Source of the DNA: Gammaproteobacteria bacterium
GTDB lineage: Bacteria; Pseudomonadota; Gammaproteobacteria; GRL18
Direction of reading: 5' to 3'
Length of the DNA stretch: 64,000 nt
NCBI GenBank assembly: GCA_027012135.1
Contig: JALUZF010000137.1
Location: 946-64,945 of the forward strand
Made by a program: the position numbers and the translations under genes. Under the pieces are notes generated by a model. It was given only the letters and a program-made list of their open reading frames with translations, had not been told where the DNA came from and searched no databases. Positions within the stretch are counted from its first letter, which is position 1, and the number at the start of each line of letters is the position of its first letter. Below are positions 62,164-64,000 of this stretch, piece after piece.

Positions 62164-63051
62164 ATGAATAAACCACACTTTCTATTATTTTCCCTGCTTT
62201 TTAGCGTATTTTCTGTTCTTTTTATAGGTATTCCTGCCGCAATGGCCGATTCTACACTGGCACGTTGTGATATTTATAAAAAAGATAAAAAAACGGTCAG
62301 TATATCGGTTCCCTGTATTTTCAGTCAGCGGCAGGGGTATATCAGCATTCGCCGGGCGGATACGGTTGAACATGAATTAATGCCTCAGGACGATGGACCC
62401 GGGCATTACAGGGATTCAGGCGGCAATGATGTTTATCGTAAAAGCGGTCTGGGTACGGATGGCCTGATTTTCAGCTTTAAAGATGAGCTGGTCTATGTTT
62501 ACTGGCAGCCGGTCGGGTTTGATAAGCAGTACTTTCTTCAGGGGATTACATTTCGAGTTATTTCACCGAATGATAATTTTTCTAATACTCTGATAATTAT
62601 TCCATCCGGCCTGGAAATTGATAACTCGATTATAAAAAAGGCAATTAACGGGGTGGTTACGGGAGCTGAAGTGGCGGATTTAAATGCTGACGGTTCTCCG
62701 GAAATATACATATATATCTATTTTACCGGTAATGGCAGTTATGGTGATGTGGTGGCTTATAGTGCCAATAATAATAAATCATTAAGTCCCATTTATTTAC
62801 CACGTTTAAGCAATGATAATAAAATATCCAGTGGTTATAGAGGTTATGATGAGTTTACCGTCATTGAAAATAGTTTTGCCAGACGCTTCCCGATTGGTAC
62901 TGTGCACAATACAGTGAAAAGTATGAATAATAAGCCCGCCAATGGTATGATGCGCCAAGTGCAGTACAAACTTCTCGGGGGTGAGGCCGGCTGGCAGTTA
63001 CAGGTCGTAAAAGTCACGGATTTTCAGGTTAAAAGCAGACACAATAAATGA
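62164..63051 (+). CDS. Secreted hypothetical protein
   Basis: 295 aa. Signal peptide (IPAAMA-DS) and a FG-GAP-like stretch ADLNADGSPEIYIY. 4-bp overlap with rfbC. Confidence 0.55.
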   Translation: MNKPHFLLFSLLFSVFSVLFIGIPAAMADSTLARCDIYKKDKKTVSISVPCIFSQRQGYISIRRADTVEHELMPQDDGPGHYRDSGGNDVYRKSGLGTDGLIFSFKDELVYVYWQPVGFDKQYFLQGITFRVISPNDNFSNTLIIIPSGLEIDNSIIKKAINGVVTGAEVADLNADGSPEIYIYIYFTGNGSYGDVVAYSANNNKSLSPIYLPRLSNDNKISSGYRGYDEFTVIENSFARRFPIGTVHNTVKSMNNKPANGMMRQVQYKLLGGEAGWQLQVVKVTDFQVKSRHNK

Positions 63052-63623
63052 AATACACAAATACAGCTATTGCCGATGTCATCTTAATTGAGCCTAAAGT
63101 GTTTGGTGATGAACGGGGTTATTTTGTTGAGACCTTTCGGGCCGACACTTTTGAGGCGGAAACCGGCATTAAAACGGCCTTTGTACAGGATAATGAGTCC
63201 CGTTCCGGTTACGGGGTTTTAAGAGGGCTGCACTATCAGTTGCCACCTCATGCCCAAAGCAAACTCGTCAGGGTCATTGAAGGGCGGGTGCTGGATGTGG
63301 CTGTAGATATTCGAAAAGGTTCGCCCACCTTCGGCCAACATGTCTGCATGGAATTATCGGCTGAAAATAAACACCAGTTATTTATCCCCAGAGGGTTTGC
63401 CCATGGTTTTGTGGTGCTGTCAGAAACGGCGATTTTTTCCTATAAAGTAGATAATTACTACTCCCCTGAATGTGATCGGGGTATAAAATTTGATGATCCT
63501 CAGTTTGGGATTGACTGGAAAATTGCGGCTTCTGAGCTGGTTTTATCAGATAAGGATAAAACCCAGCCTTTACTGCACGATACGCTTGATCTGTTTGACT
63601 ATTCCAATAACTTATACGATTGA
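63048..63623 (+). CDS. rfbC: dTDP-4-dehydrorhamnose 3,5-epimerase
   Basis: 191 aa, RmlC collinearity (FGDERGYF, RGLHYQ, KLVRV..G...DVAVDIR, PRGFAHGF). Confidence 0.92.
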   Translation: MKYTNTAIADVILIEPKVFGDERGYFVETFRADTFEAETGIKTAFVQDNESRSGYGVLRGLHYQLPPHAQSKLVRVIEGRVLDVAVDIRKGSPTFGQHVCMELSAENKHQLFIPRGFAHGFVVLSETAIFSYKVDNYYSPECDRGIKFDDPQFGIDWKIAASELVLSDKDKTQPLLHDTLDLFDYSNNLYD

Positions 63624-63628
63624 AATTT

Positions 63629-64000
63629 ATGAAACTACTGATCAACGGAGCTAAGGGGCAGGTTGGCAGTGAGCTGGTAAAAGATGCTCAGGCCAGGGGT
63701 TATGAGGTGTACGGATTCGGTTCCCGGGAGCTGGATATCACACATTTTGAGCAGCTGATGCAAAAAGTTGAGCAAATACGCCCGGATGTCATTATCAATG
63801 CCGCGGCTTATACTGCTGTAGACAAAGCAGAACAGGAGTCAGAGCAGGCCTATGCGGTGAATGCCCTGGGCAGTGAAAACCTGGCCAAGGCCAGTAAACA
63901 AATGGCCATTCCCCTGCTGCATATTTCTACAGACTATGTCTTTGATGGGGAAAAAGACACGCCTTATACGGAAATGGATCAACCCAACCCTACCGGGGTT
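63629..64000 (+). CDS. rfbD: dTDP-4-dehydrorhamnose reductase, N-terminal part (continues past the window)
   Basis: Hand-translated from ATG 63629: MKLLINGAKGQVGSEL...INAAAYTAVDKAE...STDYVFDG. The RmlD Rossmann fold and STDYVF motif are present. The frame is open to base 64000. Confidence 0.9.
   Translation, partial: MKLLINGAKGQVGSELVKDAQARGYEVYGFGSRELDITHFEQLMQKVEQIRPDVIINAAAYTAVDKAEQESEQAYAVNALGSENLAKASKQMAIPLLHISTDYVFDGEKDTPYTEMDQPNPTGV

Overview
This is a chromosomal window from a moderately AT-rich, gammaproteobacteria-like sulfur oxidiser. All family assignments come from motifs read in the supplied translations; no database search was possible. The centrepiece is a complete oxidative-type dsr locus, dsrABEFHCMKLJOP (18.8-30.1 kb, + strand). 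dsrN-dsrR lie upstream on the opposite strand (14.3-16.1 kb). Four small non-canonical genes separate dsrN from dsrA, including a cysteine-free DsrC/TusE paralogue and an orphan Cas6/Cmx6-like RAMP protein with no CRISPR array or other cas gene in the window. A rhodanese / NarL-type regulator / GAF-kinase operon flanks dsrR. Downstream of dsr lies a tight Sel1 / MoxR AAA+ / VWA-HExxH / 390-aa unknown operon directly ahead of cysG (siroheme synthase). Other content: ppa, glgP, a TonB-receptor/YfiR/hybrid-kinase module, a periplasmic tandem rhodanese coupled to a GGDDF-EAL protein, an RND efflux pair, an Atm1-type ABC exporter with glutaredoxin, an aldo-keto reductase, an M16 peptidase, and rfbC plus partial rfbD. 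A small accessory stretch lies next to an initiator-like tRNA-Met and holds hipBA, a CxxCH protein, a SLOG (YpsA/MoCo-carrier-like) protein and a degenerate macro-like protein. The non-coding regions contain several repeat or structure families: CAACGCT heptamers, a REP-like CCCTCTCCC-N3-GGGAGAGGG element in two copies, a ~316-nt nested palindrome, and an inverted-repeat-flanked element upstream of the ABC exporter. There is also a 31-codon hydrophobic ORF below the ORF-track size cutoff. I saw no transposase, integrase, rRNA or CRISPR array.
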